From positions 800,001 to 864,000 of the forward strand of contig CAVUMN010000003.1 in NCBI GenBank assembly GCA_963742735.1: DNA of 64,000 bases, in the 5' to 3' direction. Below are positions 1 through 9,056 of the stretch, piece by piece. Each line of letters begins with the position of its first letter. Within the stretch, counting starts at the first letter, position 1. The position numbers were made by a program, and so were the translations under genes. The notes beneath the pieces were generated by a model. It had not been told where the DNA came from. It worked only from the letters and a program-made list of their open reading frames with translations, and made no database searches. Source of the DNA: an uncultured Actinomycetes bacterium (GTDB lineage: Bacteria; Actinomycetota; UBA4738; JBBDTT01).

Positions 1-815
1 GTGGACGGCGGGAACCCGCCGTCGATCGGTGGGATGGGTGGCTCGGGCGGCGGGGGGAGGTACTCGATGACGACCTTGACCCGGTCCTTCGTGTCCTCGT
101 ACTCGTTGATCGGTTCGGGCGTCTCGACGTCGTCGCGCGAGGGGATCTTCAGGTTGATCTGCCAGGTCTCGAGGGGGCCCCCCTCCCCGAGCTTCGGACG
201 GAAGAGCACGCCGTTGCTGGCGAATGGGTCCTCACCCCACGGGGCGGCGATCTGGCTGAGGTCCCACGTCCACGTCGGAAGCTCGGTCGGGAGCTCGGGG
301 GTGGTGAGCTTGCCCTCCACGCAGGAGCCCTCGTCGAAGATGGGCTGGACCTCGAACAGCTCGGCCTCGCCGGCGGCCCAGAAGTCGTCGATCCGGCAGG
401 CCAGGATCATCCGGTCGGTGGCGTTGAACGTCGGGATGTCGCCGGGCCCGTCCTCCTGGACGATCGTCAGCGTGTACTTCTGGATGATCGATCCGGCCTC
501 GACCCCCCGGCTGAACAGGTCGAAGTTGATCGCTGAGGTTTTCTCGATCTCACCGTTGGTCACCGCGACGGGCAGGGTGGCGAAGTCCTGCAGGCTGGGG
601 AGTCGGACCCGCTGGACGACCGCGGGGGCGGGCGGGGGCAGGAAGTCCACCGCGACCTCCTCGTCGATCTGGCGGGTCCAGTACCACGAGGACTGGTCGA
701 CGCCGTAGGTGAAGGTCAGCGTGTCGTTCGCGCCGAAGGCGGGCGAGGCGATCGCGAGCATCACCGTGAGCACGAACAGGACCGAGATCGAGCGGGCAAG
801 CACCCTTCGGGTCAT
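1..815 (-). CDS. Secreted hypothetical protein (3' end outside window)
   Basis: Not in ORF track because it runs off the edge. ATG at 815 after GGGAG RBS; signal peptide MTRRVLARSISVLFVLTVMLAIASPAFG; open to position 1; Pro-rich stretch near the edge. Confidence 0.8.
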   Translation of the reverse strand, partial: MTRRVLARSISVLFVLTVMLAIASPAFGANDTLTFTYGVDQSSWYWTRQIDEEVAVDFLPPPAPAVVQRVRLPSLQDFATLPVAVTNGEIEKTSAINFDLFSRGVEAGSIIQKYTLTIVQEDGPGDIPTFNATDRMILACRIDDFWAAGEAELFEVQPIFDEGSCVEGKLTTPELPTELPTWTWDLSQIAAPWGEDPFASNGVLFRPKLGEGGPLETWQINLKIPSRDDVETPEPINEYEDTKDRVKVVIEYLPPPPEPPIPPIDGGFPPS

Positions 816-927
816 GTCACTCCCATTGTCACACACGCGGTACGGGCCGGGCAGGCGTGCCTCACGGGGCGATGACCTGCGGTTTTGGGTTTCGTGACGG
901 CTCGGGGCGATTCCTGCCTGTTCGTGC

Positions 928-2226
928 TCAGAAAGAGCTCTTGAACGCCTCGCGGGTCTCGAAGTGGCCCTCGCCGGAGCACACGGCCTCGAGCACGTTG
1001 ACCGACTTGGCCCCGAAGCGGTTGTCGGGCGTGTACGTGATGTCCGGGTAGACGCCGGTCTTGACGCTGGCGCTCTCGGACTCCGCGATGAACCGCTCGC
1101 GCGAAAGGTCCTCGCCGGTTGCCAGGAACAGCTGGTGGGTGGTCTTCATGAGTCCCCACAGCAGCCACTCGATGTCGTCGCTCCCCCCGGCCTGACGGAA
1201 CTTCGGGTCGTACTGGTTGCTGTCGTGGAAGGCCGGGGCCGGCGAGAAGAACCGGGCGCCGGCGATCGCGTTGCCGTTGCAGCCGGTCTCGGCGACCGTG
1301 TCGAGCCCCATCGTGATCCCGACTCCGGCGTACTGCGGGCGGCACTGCGCGGCCTGGGACATCTCCAGGAAATAGGTCGGCGAGGTGAGCGGGTACACGA
1401 CGTCGAACGCCTTCACGCTCCCGGTGCACAGGTTGCCGGCCATGCTCGAGCCGCGCTGGTTCTTCTCCGGGCGGAACACCCTGACGCCCGGGAAGGCCTG
1501 AGTGAAGCTCGTGACGGCGTCGTCGAAGTTCGGGGTGTTGGTGGCGACGACCGCCACGTTGCCGGCGTCGGTGGTGAAGGTCTTCTTGATGTACTGCGCG
1601 AGCTGCGGGCCCTGCTGCGCGTAGGACTCGGAGGCCGCGAAGTAGTTCTCCAGACCGCGGATGCCGACCTCGGTGGTGCCGGCGGACAGGTACGGGACGC
1701 CCTTGCTGGCGGCGTAGCGGGCGCAGGACTGGATCTGGTCGGTCCCGCCACCGCCCAGGAGCAGGAACACCTTGTCCTGCTCGACCATCTTCTGGCAGAC
1801 CTGCTTGGCGTGGGACGGGTTGTACTGGTCGTCCTCGAACACCACCTCGACGGTCTTGCCGAAGACCTTGTTGCCCTTCCAGTACAGGTCCTTGCCGGTG
1901 CGGAACGAGGTCGGGCTGATCGGCGCGGCGCCGGTCAGCGGCGCATGGATGCCGATCTTGATGGTCGTGGCCGTGATGCCGGTCGTGTCGCCCTCGCCCG
2001 CGGGTGGCGGAGACACGCCGCCGCCTCCGCCGCCGCCGCCCGGGCCGGTCGTGGCGCCCGGCGAGGCGCCTGGAGACGCTCCCGGGTCGACGCCGACGTC
2101 GGTGCCCGGGCCGAGGCCGCCGGCCGGGACCTCCCCGCCCTGGACGGCCGCGTCGTGAACGCCCGGAAGCTGGCCGCACGCGGCGGCGAGCAGGGCAAGG
2201 GCGGCGACCAAGGCGAGCTTTCGCAT
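928..2226 (-). CDS. ABC transporter substrate-binding lipoprotein, branched-chain amino acid (PBP type 1) family
   Basis: Lipobox LAAAC; GDTTGITATTIKIGIHAPLTGAAP and EDDQYNP motifs; start placed at ATG 2226 (MRKLAL). Confidence 0.85.
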   Translation of the reverse strand: MRKLALVAALALLAAACGQLPGVHDAAVQGGEVPAGGLGPGTDVGVDPGASPGASPGATTGPGGGGGGGGVSPPPAGEGDTTGITATTIKIGIHAPLTGAAPISPTSFRTGKDLYWKGNKVFGKTVEVVFEDDQYNPSHAKQVCQKMVEQDKVFLLLGGGGTDQIQSCARYAASKGVPYLSAGTTEVGIRGLENYFAASESYAQQGPQLAQYIKKTFTTDAGNVAVVATNTPNFDDAVTSFTQAFPGVRVFRPEKNQRGSSMAGNLCTGSVKAFDVVYPLTSPTYFLEMSQAAQCRPQYAGVGITMGLDTVAETGCNGNAIAGARFFSPAPAFHDSNQYDPKFRQAGGSDDIEWLLWGLMKTTHQLFLATGEDLSRERFIAESESASVKTGVYPDITYTPDNRFGAKSVNVLEAVCSGEGHFETREAFKSSF

Positions 2227-2262
2227 TTGCTTAATTAGCGTAGCACTCACCAGCTTACCGGG

Positions 2263-3426
2263 TCAGTCCAGCGCCCGGATGACCATGCCCGAGCGGGGCT
2301 TGGGCCAGAACCACGTGGACTTTTGGGGGAGCCGGTCTCCGCGCTCGATGACGTCACGGATCCGGTCGACGTGGGTGGGGGGGAGCAGGTAGGCGACGTC
2401 GGCCCCCTCGGCCACGGCCCGTACGGCGTCCTCGGGGTCGGGCACGAAGGTGACCTCCGCGTCGGGGTAGCGGGCCAGGATCCGGTCGTGGATGGCGGCC
2501 ACCGTGGGCGGCTCGGCGTCGAGCTCCGCCACCCGCAGCTGCACGCCACCGCCGTTCGCCATGACCACCCCGAACCGGAGGTCCTCGTCCGAGACGAGGT
2601 TCAGGGCTTCCTGGAGGGAGCCGACCGGGAACCCGGGGGCGGGGATGCCCTCGCCGCGAACGACCCGGTGGATGGGCAGGACGGGGGGGTCCTCGGACGG
2701 GTCGATCACCAGGATCATCATCCGGTCCCACGGGCCCGGCCCGTGCTCGCGGTTCATCTCCTCCCGGTACGCGAGCGCGGTCGTGTAGCGGTGGTGCCCG
2801 TCCGCGATGAGCAGCGAATCGGCCGCGTAGGCGTCGACGAGCGCCTGGGGCACGTCGGGCTCGATCCACAGTCGGTGCACGACGCCGCTCGGGTCGACGG
2901 CCTCCCGATCGGGGGGCCGGGCCGAGGCGCGCTCGACGAGCTCGGCCTGGGGCGGCGAGGGGGCCCGCAGCACCGCGTAGATCGGGGAGAGGTTCGCGCG
3001 GACCTGGCGGATGACGCGGAGCCGGTCCTCGACGGGCCCGGGCATCGTTCGCTCGTGCGGGACGATGCCCTGGCCGAACGGCTCCAGGTCGATCGCCCCG
3101 ATCACGCCGCGGACCCGGCGCGCCTCGCCGGCGTGCTCGAAGGCCATCTCGTAGACGAACACGGCCGGGCGCTCGGTCTCTACCAGCACCCCCGCCTCGC
3201 GCCACTCCCGAAGCAGGCCGGCGGCGCGCGTGTACTTGTTCGCCCGCTCGTCGTCCCCCGGCTCGTCCTTCGGCAGGATCAGCCGGACCACGTTGTGGGG
3301 GCTCGCCGCCAGGTAGTCCTCGCGTTCGGCGTCGGAGATGGCGTCGTAGGGAGGCGCGGTGACCGCGGTAGGATCGCCGGCGGAGGGGGCATACACGAGA
3401 CCCGTGAACGGCGACAGACCGGGCAC
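2263..3426 (-). CDS. DUF1015 family protein
   Basis: APPYDAIS, PHERT and LIADGHHRY motifs; C-terminal PQKSTWFWPKPRSG; AAGGAGG RBS. Confidence 0.9.
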   Translation of the reverse strand: MPGLSPFTGLVYAPSAGDPTAVTAPPYDAISDAEREDYLAASPHNVVRLILPKDEPGDDERANKYTRAAGLLREWREAGVLVETERPAVFVYEMAFEHAGEARRVRGVIGAIDLEPFGQGIVPHERTMPGPVEDRLRVIRQVRANLSPIYAVLRAPSPPQAELVERASARPPDREAVDPSGVVHRLWIEPDVPQALVDAYAADSLLIADGHHRYTTALAYREEMNREHGPGPWDRMMILVIDPSEDPPVLPIHRVVRGEGIPAPGFPVGSLQEALNLVSDEDLRFGVVMANGGGVQLRVAELDAEPPTVAAIHDRILARYPDAEVTFVPDPEDAVRAVAEGADVAYLLPPTHVDRIRDVIERGDRLPQKSTWFWPKPRSGMVIRALD

Positions 3427-3441
3427 GCCTCCTTATAGCCG

Positions 3442-3816
3442 ATGAGCCAGCGCACAGACGAACGCGAGTCCGCCTACGACCTGTTCGCTCGGGGGACCGG
3501 GCTGCTCGAGTCCGGCCACCCGCACGCCGCGGTGACCCTGCTCAGCCGGGCGAAGTCCCTCGAGCCCGACAAGGGCTCGGTCCGGGAAGCCCTCGCCCGG
3601 GCGCTGTTCCAGAGCGGCCGCTTCGCCCGCGCCCGCCAGGAGTTCGCGAAGGCCGTCCAGATCGACCCCGTCAACGACTACGCGCACTTCGGCCTGGGGC
3701 TGGCCTGCGCGCGCACCGGCCAGCGGGTCCGCGCCGTGGCGCACCTCAAGCTGGCCGTCACCATGCGCCCGGAGCGCGACGAGTACCGCGACGCCCTGGA
3801 CCGGCTGACCGGCTAG
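3442..3816 (+). CDS. Tetratricopeptide repeat protein
   Basis: TPR pattern (EALARALF...DPVNDYAHFGLG); usual neighbour of the HAD-IIA gene in actinobacteria. Confidence 0.85.
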   Translation: MSQRTDERESAYDLFARGTGLLESGHPHAAVTLLSRAKSLEPDKGSVREALARALFQSGRFARARQEFAKAVQIDPVNDYAHFGLGLACARTGQRVRAVAHLKLAVTMRPERDEYRDALDRLTG

Positions 3817-4616
3817 TGCTCGAGCGCTACCGCGCCCTGCTGCTGGACCTCGACGGCGTCCTGTTCCGCGGTGACGATCCCGTCCCCGGGGCCGCCGAGG
3901 CCCTGGCCGGGTTCCGGGCCCGGGGCCTGCGGCCGGTGTTCGCGACCAACAACTCGAGCCGGACGCCGGAGCAGGTCGCCGAGAAGCTCGCCGCGCTGGG
4001 GTTCGAGGCCGGCCCGTCGGAGGTCGTCACCTCCGCCCTGGCGCTGGAGGAGCTCATGGGCGACCGGCCGGCGCGGACCGCGTACGTGATCGGTGAGGAC
4101 GGCGTGCGAGAGGCGCTGCGCGGCCTGGGGGTCGAGCTGCTGGAGGGCGATCCCGAGGCGGCCGACCTGGTCGTGGTCGGATGGGACCGGAGCATCGACT
4201 ACCCCCGGCTGAAGCGGGCCAGCCTGCTCGTGCAGCGCGGGGCGCGGCTGCTGGCCACCAACGCCGATGCGTCGTACCCCGCGCCCGACGGCAACTGGCC
4301 GGGGGCCGGAGCGCTGCTGGCGGTGATCGAGGTCTCGGCCGGCGTGCGGGCCGAGGTGGCCGGGAAGCCCCGCGCGGCGTTCTTCGAGCGCGCGGCGCGG
4401 GCGGCGGGCGAGGGGCCGTACCTGGTGGTCGGAGACCGGCTCGAAACCGACATCGCCGGCGCCCAGGCCATGGGGTGGGACTCGGCGCTGGTCCTGACCG
4501 GGGTCTCGACGGACGCGGACCTGCTCGGATCGCCGTGGCAGCCGACGTACGTGGTCCCGGCGCTGCCGGACCTGCTCGCGGATCCGCCGCGGGCCGAGCC
4601 GGTGGCGGCGGGCTAG
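3816..4616 (+). CDS. HAD-IIA (NagD-like) hydrolase
   Basis: DLDGVL, TNNS, GKP and VGDRLETDI motifs. Confidence 0.92.
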   Translation: MLERYRALLLDLDGVLFRGDDPVPGAAEALAGFRARGLRPVFATNNSSRTPEQVAEKLAALGFEAGPSEVVTSALALEELMGDRPARTAYVIGEDGVREALRGLGVELLEGDPEAADLVVVGWDRSIDYPRLKRASLLVQRGARLLATNADASYPAPDGNWPGAGALLAVIEVSAGVRAEVAGKPRAAFFERAARAAGEGPYLVVGDRLETDIAGAQAMGWDSALVLTGVSTDADLLGSPWQPTYVVPALPDLLADPPRAEPVAAG

Positions 4617-5425
4617 AAGACGCCGAAGCGCTCGGCCGCGTGGGGGTCGCCGCGCTCCTTGGGGAAGATCGCCAGGGCGATCAGCGCGCCGGCGGCGAAC
4701 CCGCCGATGTGCGCCCACACCGCGACGTCGGTCACGCCGGCCCCGGCCCCGCCGAGGCTCTGCAGGACGGGGAGGAACTGCAGGACGAACCAGAACCCCA
4801 GCAGGACGATCGCCGGGAGCTCCACCGTGGTGATGAAGTAGAAGATGACCAACGTGACCACACGTCTTCGGGGGAACATCACCAGGTAGGCGCCCAGCAC
4901 CCCGGCGATCGCGCCCGAGGCCCCCACGGTCGGGATGGCGGAGCCCGGCCCGGACAGGATGTGCGCCCCCGAGGCGAGCAGCCCGCACACGAAGTAGAAC
5001 AGCAGGTACTTCACGTAGCCGGCCTTGTCCTCGATGTTGTTGCCGAACACCCACAGGAACAGCATGTTGCCGCCGATGTGGACGAGCCCCCCGTGCATGA
5101 ACATCGAGGTGAACAGCGAGGCCCACACCGACTTGTCCGGGCAGTCCTCGGCGATCGCCTCGAGGGCCAGCCCGGCCTGCTCGCCGAACGTCTCCTCGAG
5201 GGCCTCGGCCGCCTCCCGGCCGCCGTCGGCGAGCGGCTTCTGGTGGGTGACCTCCCACGGCACCATGCCGTGGCAGAAGAAGAAGAGGATCTCCTTCTCC
5301 TCCTTGTCCGGCCCGGTGGCGAACGTCGGCTGCCACAGCAGGAACAGCAGGATGTTCGCCGCGATCAGGCCGATCGTCAGGTAGGCGCGGCGCTCGGTCG
5401 GGTTGCGATCCTTGAGCGGGAGCAC
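4613..5425 (-). CDS. Rhomboid intramembrane serine protease
   Basis: HGGLVHIGGNM, GASG catalytic Ser, AHIGGF. Confidence 0.93.
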   Translation of the reverse strand: MLPLKDRNPTERRAYLTIGLIAANILLFLLWQPTFATGPDKEEKEILFFFCHGMVPWEVTHQKPLADGGREAAEALEETFGEQAGLALEAIAEDCPDKSVWASLFTSMFMHGGLVHIGGNMLFLWVFGNNIEDKAGYVKYLLFYFVCGLLASGAHILSGPGSAIPTVGASGAIAGVLGAYLVMFPRRRVVTLVIFYFITTVELPAIVLLGFWFVLQFLPVLQSLGGAGAGVTDVAVWAHIGGFAAGALIALAIFPKERGDPHAAERFGVF

Positions 5426-5435
5426 CGAGGCGGCC

Positions 5436-6494
5436 TCAGCCCGACTCGGCGCGGGCGGGAGCCGCGACGCTCCGGCGCGGCTTGAGCCTCCGGGCGGCGA
5501 AGGCGACGACCTCGGCGTTGAACGCCTCGTTCGCCTCCAGGAACACGGCGTGGCCGGCGTCGGGGAACACGACGGTCTTCGCCCGGGGGAGGCGCTGGCC
5601 GATCAACTTCGTCTCGGCCGGGTTGACCAGGCGGTCGCGTCCGCCCACCACCACCAGAGAGGGGACCTTCACGCCGGAAAGGGCGCCCGACAGGTCGTAG
5701 CCGGTCATGGCCCGGAAGGTGTCCACCCGGGTCTGCGGCGAAACCGTCGCGATCACGTCGCGGACGAAGCGCACGTGCGCCGGGGATGCCTCCCGGCCGA
5801 ACCCCACCCGTACGACGCGGTACGACAACGGCGTGGTGTGCCGCTCGCCGACGCCGTCGGTGAAGACCCGGTCGAGCACCGGGTTGCTGACGACGAACTC
5901 CATGATGGAGCCGAGCGCCCGGGCCTCCAGGCTCGCCCCGGGCCACCGCCCGGCGATCGACCGCGCGAAGTGCATCAGCGGGGTCGAGACGAACACCGCG
6001 CCCTTCGCGTGCCGGCGCGCGGCCTCGGGGTGGCCGGCCAGGTAGCCGAGGGTGAGCACGCCGCCCAGGCTGTGACCGACCAGGACCATGCCCATGGGGT
6101 CGGCGAAGTGCTCGACGACGCGGGCCAGCGCGTCCACGGAGAGCTCGAGCGTCAGGTGACCCCGGGCCACCGGGGTGGAGCTCCCGTGGCCGGGGAGATC
6201 CCAGGCCACCACGGTGAACCCGGCCTCGGACAGGGCCGCCTTCTGGTAGTGCCACACGGCCTCGGACAGACACCAGCCGTGGGTGAGGATGATCGTCCCC
6301 CGGGACCCGGGGAACCGCTCGGCGTAGATGCGCGAGGCGCGGGGGCCCCGCAGGGTCTCGACCTCCCCGCGAAGCGAGCCCAGCAGCTCGTGGTCCTCGG
6401 GGAGGTTCCGCGGCGCGCGGACGGCGCGCCCCGCCGCCGCGATGAGGCCGGCCGCGCCCACCGTCCCCGCCAGGAACCGATGGCCCCGCTTCAT
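5436..6494 (-). CDS. Alpha/beta-fold hydrolase
   Basis: HGW oxyanion motif, DLPGHG, GHSLGG nucleophile elbow, AGH. Confidence 0.9.
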   Translation of the reverse strand: MKRGHRFLAGTVGAAGLIAAAGRAVRAPRNLPEDHELLGSLRGEVETLRGPRASRIYAERFPGSRGTIILTHGWCLSEAVWHYQKAALSEAGFTVVAWDLPGHGSSTPVARGHLTLELSVDALARVVEHFADPMGMVLVGHSLGGVLTLGYLAGHPEAARRHAKGAVFVSTPLMHFARSIAGRWPGASLEARALGSIMEFVVSNPVLDRVFTDGVGERHTTPLSYRVVRVGFGREASPAHVRFVRDVIATVSPQTRVDTFRAMTGYDLSGALSGVKVPSLVVVGGRDRLVNPAETKLIGQRLPRAKTVVFPDAGHAVFLEANEAFNAEVVAFAARRLKPRRSVAAPARAESG

Positions 6495-6498
6495 CGAC

Positions 6499-6852
6499 TC
6501 ACCCCGCCAGGCGCCGAAGGCGCATCAGGTCGCTCACGCTCGCGTCGATCCGGACGTGGCCGCCCAGGTACTTGGAGAACAGGCTGCTGTTGCCATCGAC
6601 CAGGTCGACCAGGTCGTCGGAGTTCAGCCGCAGCCGGATGTCGGCCCCCTCCGCGGCGCCCACGCGCAGCTTGCTCAGACGGCCGCCGGCCATCTCGGTC
6701 CAGAACCGTGCGTCGATGTCGGCCACGTGGACCTCGATCACGCGGGCGTCGGGGAGGGCCTCGGCGAGGGAATCCTGAACGCCGCCGCTCGCCTCGTCGA
6801 GGCGCTCGATGAGCTCCGTCAGCTTCGCCTGGACCTGAGCCTTCGTTGCCAA
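6499..6852 (-). CDS. SCP2 sterol/lipid-binding domain protein
   Basis: ADIRLRLNSDDLVDLVDG...GHVRIDAS pattern typical of SCP2. Confidence 0.8.
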   Translation of the reverse strand: MATKAQVQAKLTELIERLDEASGGVQDSLAEALPDARVIEVHVADIDARFWTEMAGGRLSKLRVGAAEGADIRLRLNSDDLVDLVDGNSSLFSKYLGGHVRIDASVSDLMRLRRLAG

Positions 6853-6996
6853 CCCTTGTCCTTAAGAGACCTGCCGGAGGGAAGGGGCGGTGGGTCCGTG
6901 TCTGTGGCGGGCGCGAGTATACCCACGCACCCCAGGCGCCAATGCTCCTGGGTCTATCCTTCGGTTGCCGTTGCCGGCCGCTGAAGGGAGAGAGGC

Positions 6997-7386
6997 ATGC
7001 TCGATGTCGTGCGCCAGTACGTTGACGCCGCGCTGGGCGCGCTGCCGAAGGACAGGGCGATGGACCTGGCGTCGGGCCTGCTCGAGCAGGGCCAGGCCGG
7101 TCGCGACGGGGTCACCAAGCTCGCCAACGACCTGATGGAGTGGTCCCGGGCGAGCGTCGAGCGCCTGAGCGACATGGTGCGTGCCGAGGTCCGCAAGCAG
7201 GTGGGGGCTCTCGGCCTCGCCACCCGTGAGGACGTCGACGAGATCAAGCAACGCCTGTGGAAGCTCGAGGGCGCAGTGGGCGCGACGGCTCCGGTCTCGA
7301 AGAAGGCGCCCGCGAAGAAGCAGCCCGCGGCGAAGCGGCGTCCGGCGAAGCGCGCCGCCCCCTCGCCGCCCGACGGGGGTCCGTGA
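6997..7386 (+). CDS. Phasin-like (PhaF/PhaI-like) protein with Ala/Lys-rich tail
   Basis: LGLATREDVDEIKQRL coiled coil; KKAPAKK repeats; GGAGAGG RBS. Confidence 0.7.
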   Translation: MLDVVRQYVDAALGALPKDRAMDLASGLLEQGQAGRDGVTKLANDLMEWSRASVERLSDMVRAEVRKQVGALGLATREDVDEIKQRLWKLEGAVGATAPVSKKAPAKKQPAAKRRPAKRAAPSPPDGGP

Positions 7387-8186
7387 GGCGCCGCCTGGAC
7401 GTCGAGCTCCTCCGGCGAGGGCTGGCCGCCACCCGCGCCGAGGCGACGACCGCCATCCGCGAGGGCCGGGTGACCGTGGCGGGCTCGCCGGCGGTGAAGG
7501 CCGGGACCCTGGTGGCGCCGGAGGAGGCGGTGGCGGTGCTCGGCCCGGCCCGCCGGTTCGCCTCCCGCGCCGGGGAGAAGCTCGAGGCGGCCCTGGACCG
7601 CTTCGAGGTCGACGTCGTCGGGCGGCAGTGCCTGGACGCGGGGGCCTCGACCGGCGGGTTCACCGACTGCCTGCTCCAGCGGGGTGCGGCGCACGTGCTC
7701 GCGGTCGACGTGGGCTACGGGCAGCTGGCGTGGAAGTTGCGCGAGGACGCGCGGGTCACCGCTCTGGAGCGGACCAACGTCCGCGGGCTCGACCCGGCCG
7801 ACCTGCCGTACCGCGCGAGCGTGGTCACCGCCGACCTCTCGTTCATCTCCCTGGCCCTGACCATCCCCTCGCTCACCCGCGTGGCCGCGGACGAGGCCGA
7901 CCTGTTGCTGCTGGTGAAGCCCCAGTTCGAGGCGGGGCGTGAGGCGGTGGGCAAGGGGGGCGTCGTGTCGGACCCGGCCGCGTGGCGCGGGTCGATCGAC
8001 GGGGTGATCGAGGCGCTGGGGGCGGCCGGCGCCCCGGCCCTGGGCGTGATGGCGTCGCCGCTGCTCGGGCCCGCCGGCAACGCCGAGTTCATGGTCCACG
8101 CCTGGCGCGGCTACGAGAGCGACGACCCGGACGTGGACGGGGCGATCGACGAGGCCGTCGCCCTGCGCGGCGGGGTGTCCCGTTGA
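7383..8186 (+). CDS. tlyA: TlyA family rRNA 2'-O-methyltransferase
   Basis: S4 domain RRRLDVEL, DAGASTGGFTDCLLQRGA, VKPQFE, GNAEF; GTG start overlaps the upstream TGA. Confidence 0.95.
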   Translation: MRRRLDVELLRRGLAATRAEATTAIREGRVTVAGSPAVKAGTLVAPEEAVAVLGPARRFASRAGEKLEAALDRFEVDVVGRQCLDAGASTGGFTDCLLQRGAAHVLAVDVGYGQLAWKLREDARVTALERTNVRGLDPADLPYRASVVTADLSFISLALTIPSLTRVAADEADLLLLVKPQFEAGREAVGKGGVVSDPAAWRGSIDGVIEALGAAGAPALGVMASPLLGPAGNAEFMVHAWRGYESDDPDVDGAIDEAVALRGGVSR

Positions 8187-9052
8187 GCCGGGCCGGCTTC
8201 GTGGTGCACCCGGGGCGCCCCAGGGCCCGGGAGGTCGCGGCGGGCCTCATCGAGTGGCTCCGCGGGCGGGGCGACACGTCCGTGTCACTGCCGGATGAGA
8301 GCATCGGCGCCGACGAGGTGGCCGAGCCCGCTCGCTTCGCCGACGGGCTCGACGTGGTCGTCTCGGTCGGCGGCGACGGGACCCTGCTCCGGGCCGCCGA
8401 CCTGGCCCGGCTGGCCGACGTCCCGGTCCTCGGGGTGAACGTCGGGCGGCTCGGGTTCCTGACCGCGGTCGAGCCGGAGGAGGCCGAGGCCCTGCTCGAG
8501 CGGGCCCTGGCGGGCTCGGCGCCGGTCGAGGAGCGGATGGCGATCGAGGCCCACCCCGAGGACGCGCCGTGGGAGGGGACGCAGTGGGCGCTGAACGAGG
8601 TCATGGTCGAGAAGCACGCCCGTCACCGGCTCATCTCGATGGCGCTGTACGTGGACGATGAGTACGTGACCAGCCTCTCCGCCGACGGCGTGATCGTGGC
8701 CACGCCCACGGGCTCGACGGCGTACTCCTTCTCGGCACGGGGCCCGATCGTGACCCCGAAGCTGTCGTGCCTGCTGCTGACCCCCGTCTCGCCCCACATG
8801 GTGTTCGACCGGCCGATCGTTCTGGACCCGCGCGAGGAGGTGGTGGTCGAGGTCCGCGGGGAGGAGCCCGGGTACGCGTCTGCCGACGGCCGTCCCGGGC
8901 TGGAGCTTCCCGTGGGGGCGCGGCTGCGGATCCGCCGCGCCGAGCGCCCGGCCCGGCTGGTGCGCTCCCCGGACGCGACGAGCTTCTACTCCCTGGTGCG
9001 GGAGAAGTTCGACCTGCCCGTCGACGTCCGGGTCGAGCCGCCGGAGGACTAG
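8183..9052 (+). CDS. nadK: NAD kinase
   Basis: GGDGT, NE and ADGVIVATPTGSTAYSFSA motifs; TTG start in a TTGA overlap. Confidence 0.95.
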   Translation: MSRAGFVVHPGRPRAREVAAGLIEWLRGRGDTSVSLPDESIGADEVAEPARFADGLDVVVSVGGDGTLLRAADLARLADVPVLGVNVGRLGFLTAVEPEEAEALLERALAGSAPVEERMAIEAHPEDAPWEGTQWALNEVMVEKHARHRLISMALYVDDEYVTSLSADGVIVATPTGSTAYSFSARGPIVTPKLSCLLLTPVSPHMVFDRPIVLDPREEVVVEVRGEEPGYASADGRPGLELPVGARLRIRRAERPARLVRSPDATSFYSLVREKFDLPVDVRVEPPED

Positions 9053-9056
9053 GCGC

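Noticed and set aside
816-927. Intergenic inverted repeat (GGCAGG/CCTGCC) and TGACCTGCGGTTTT motif as a riboswitch
   Set aside because: Short GC-rich pairing expected by chance; no recognisable aptamer.
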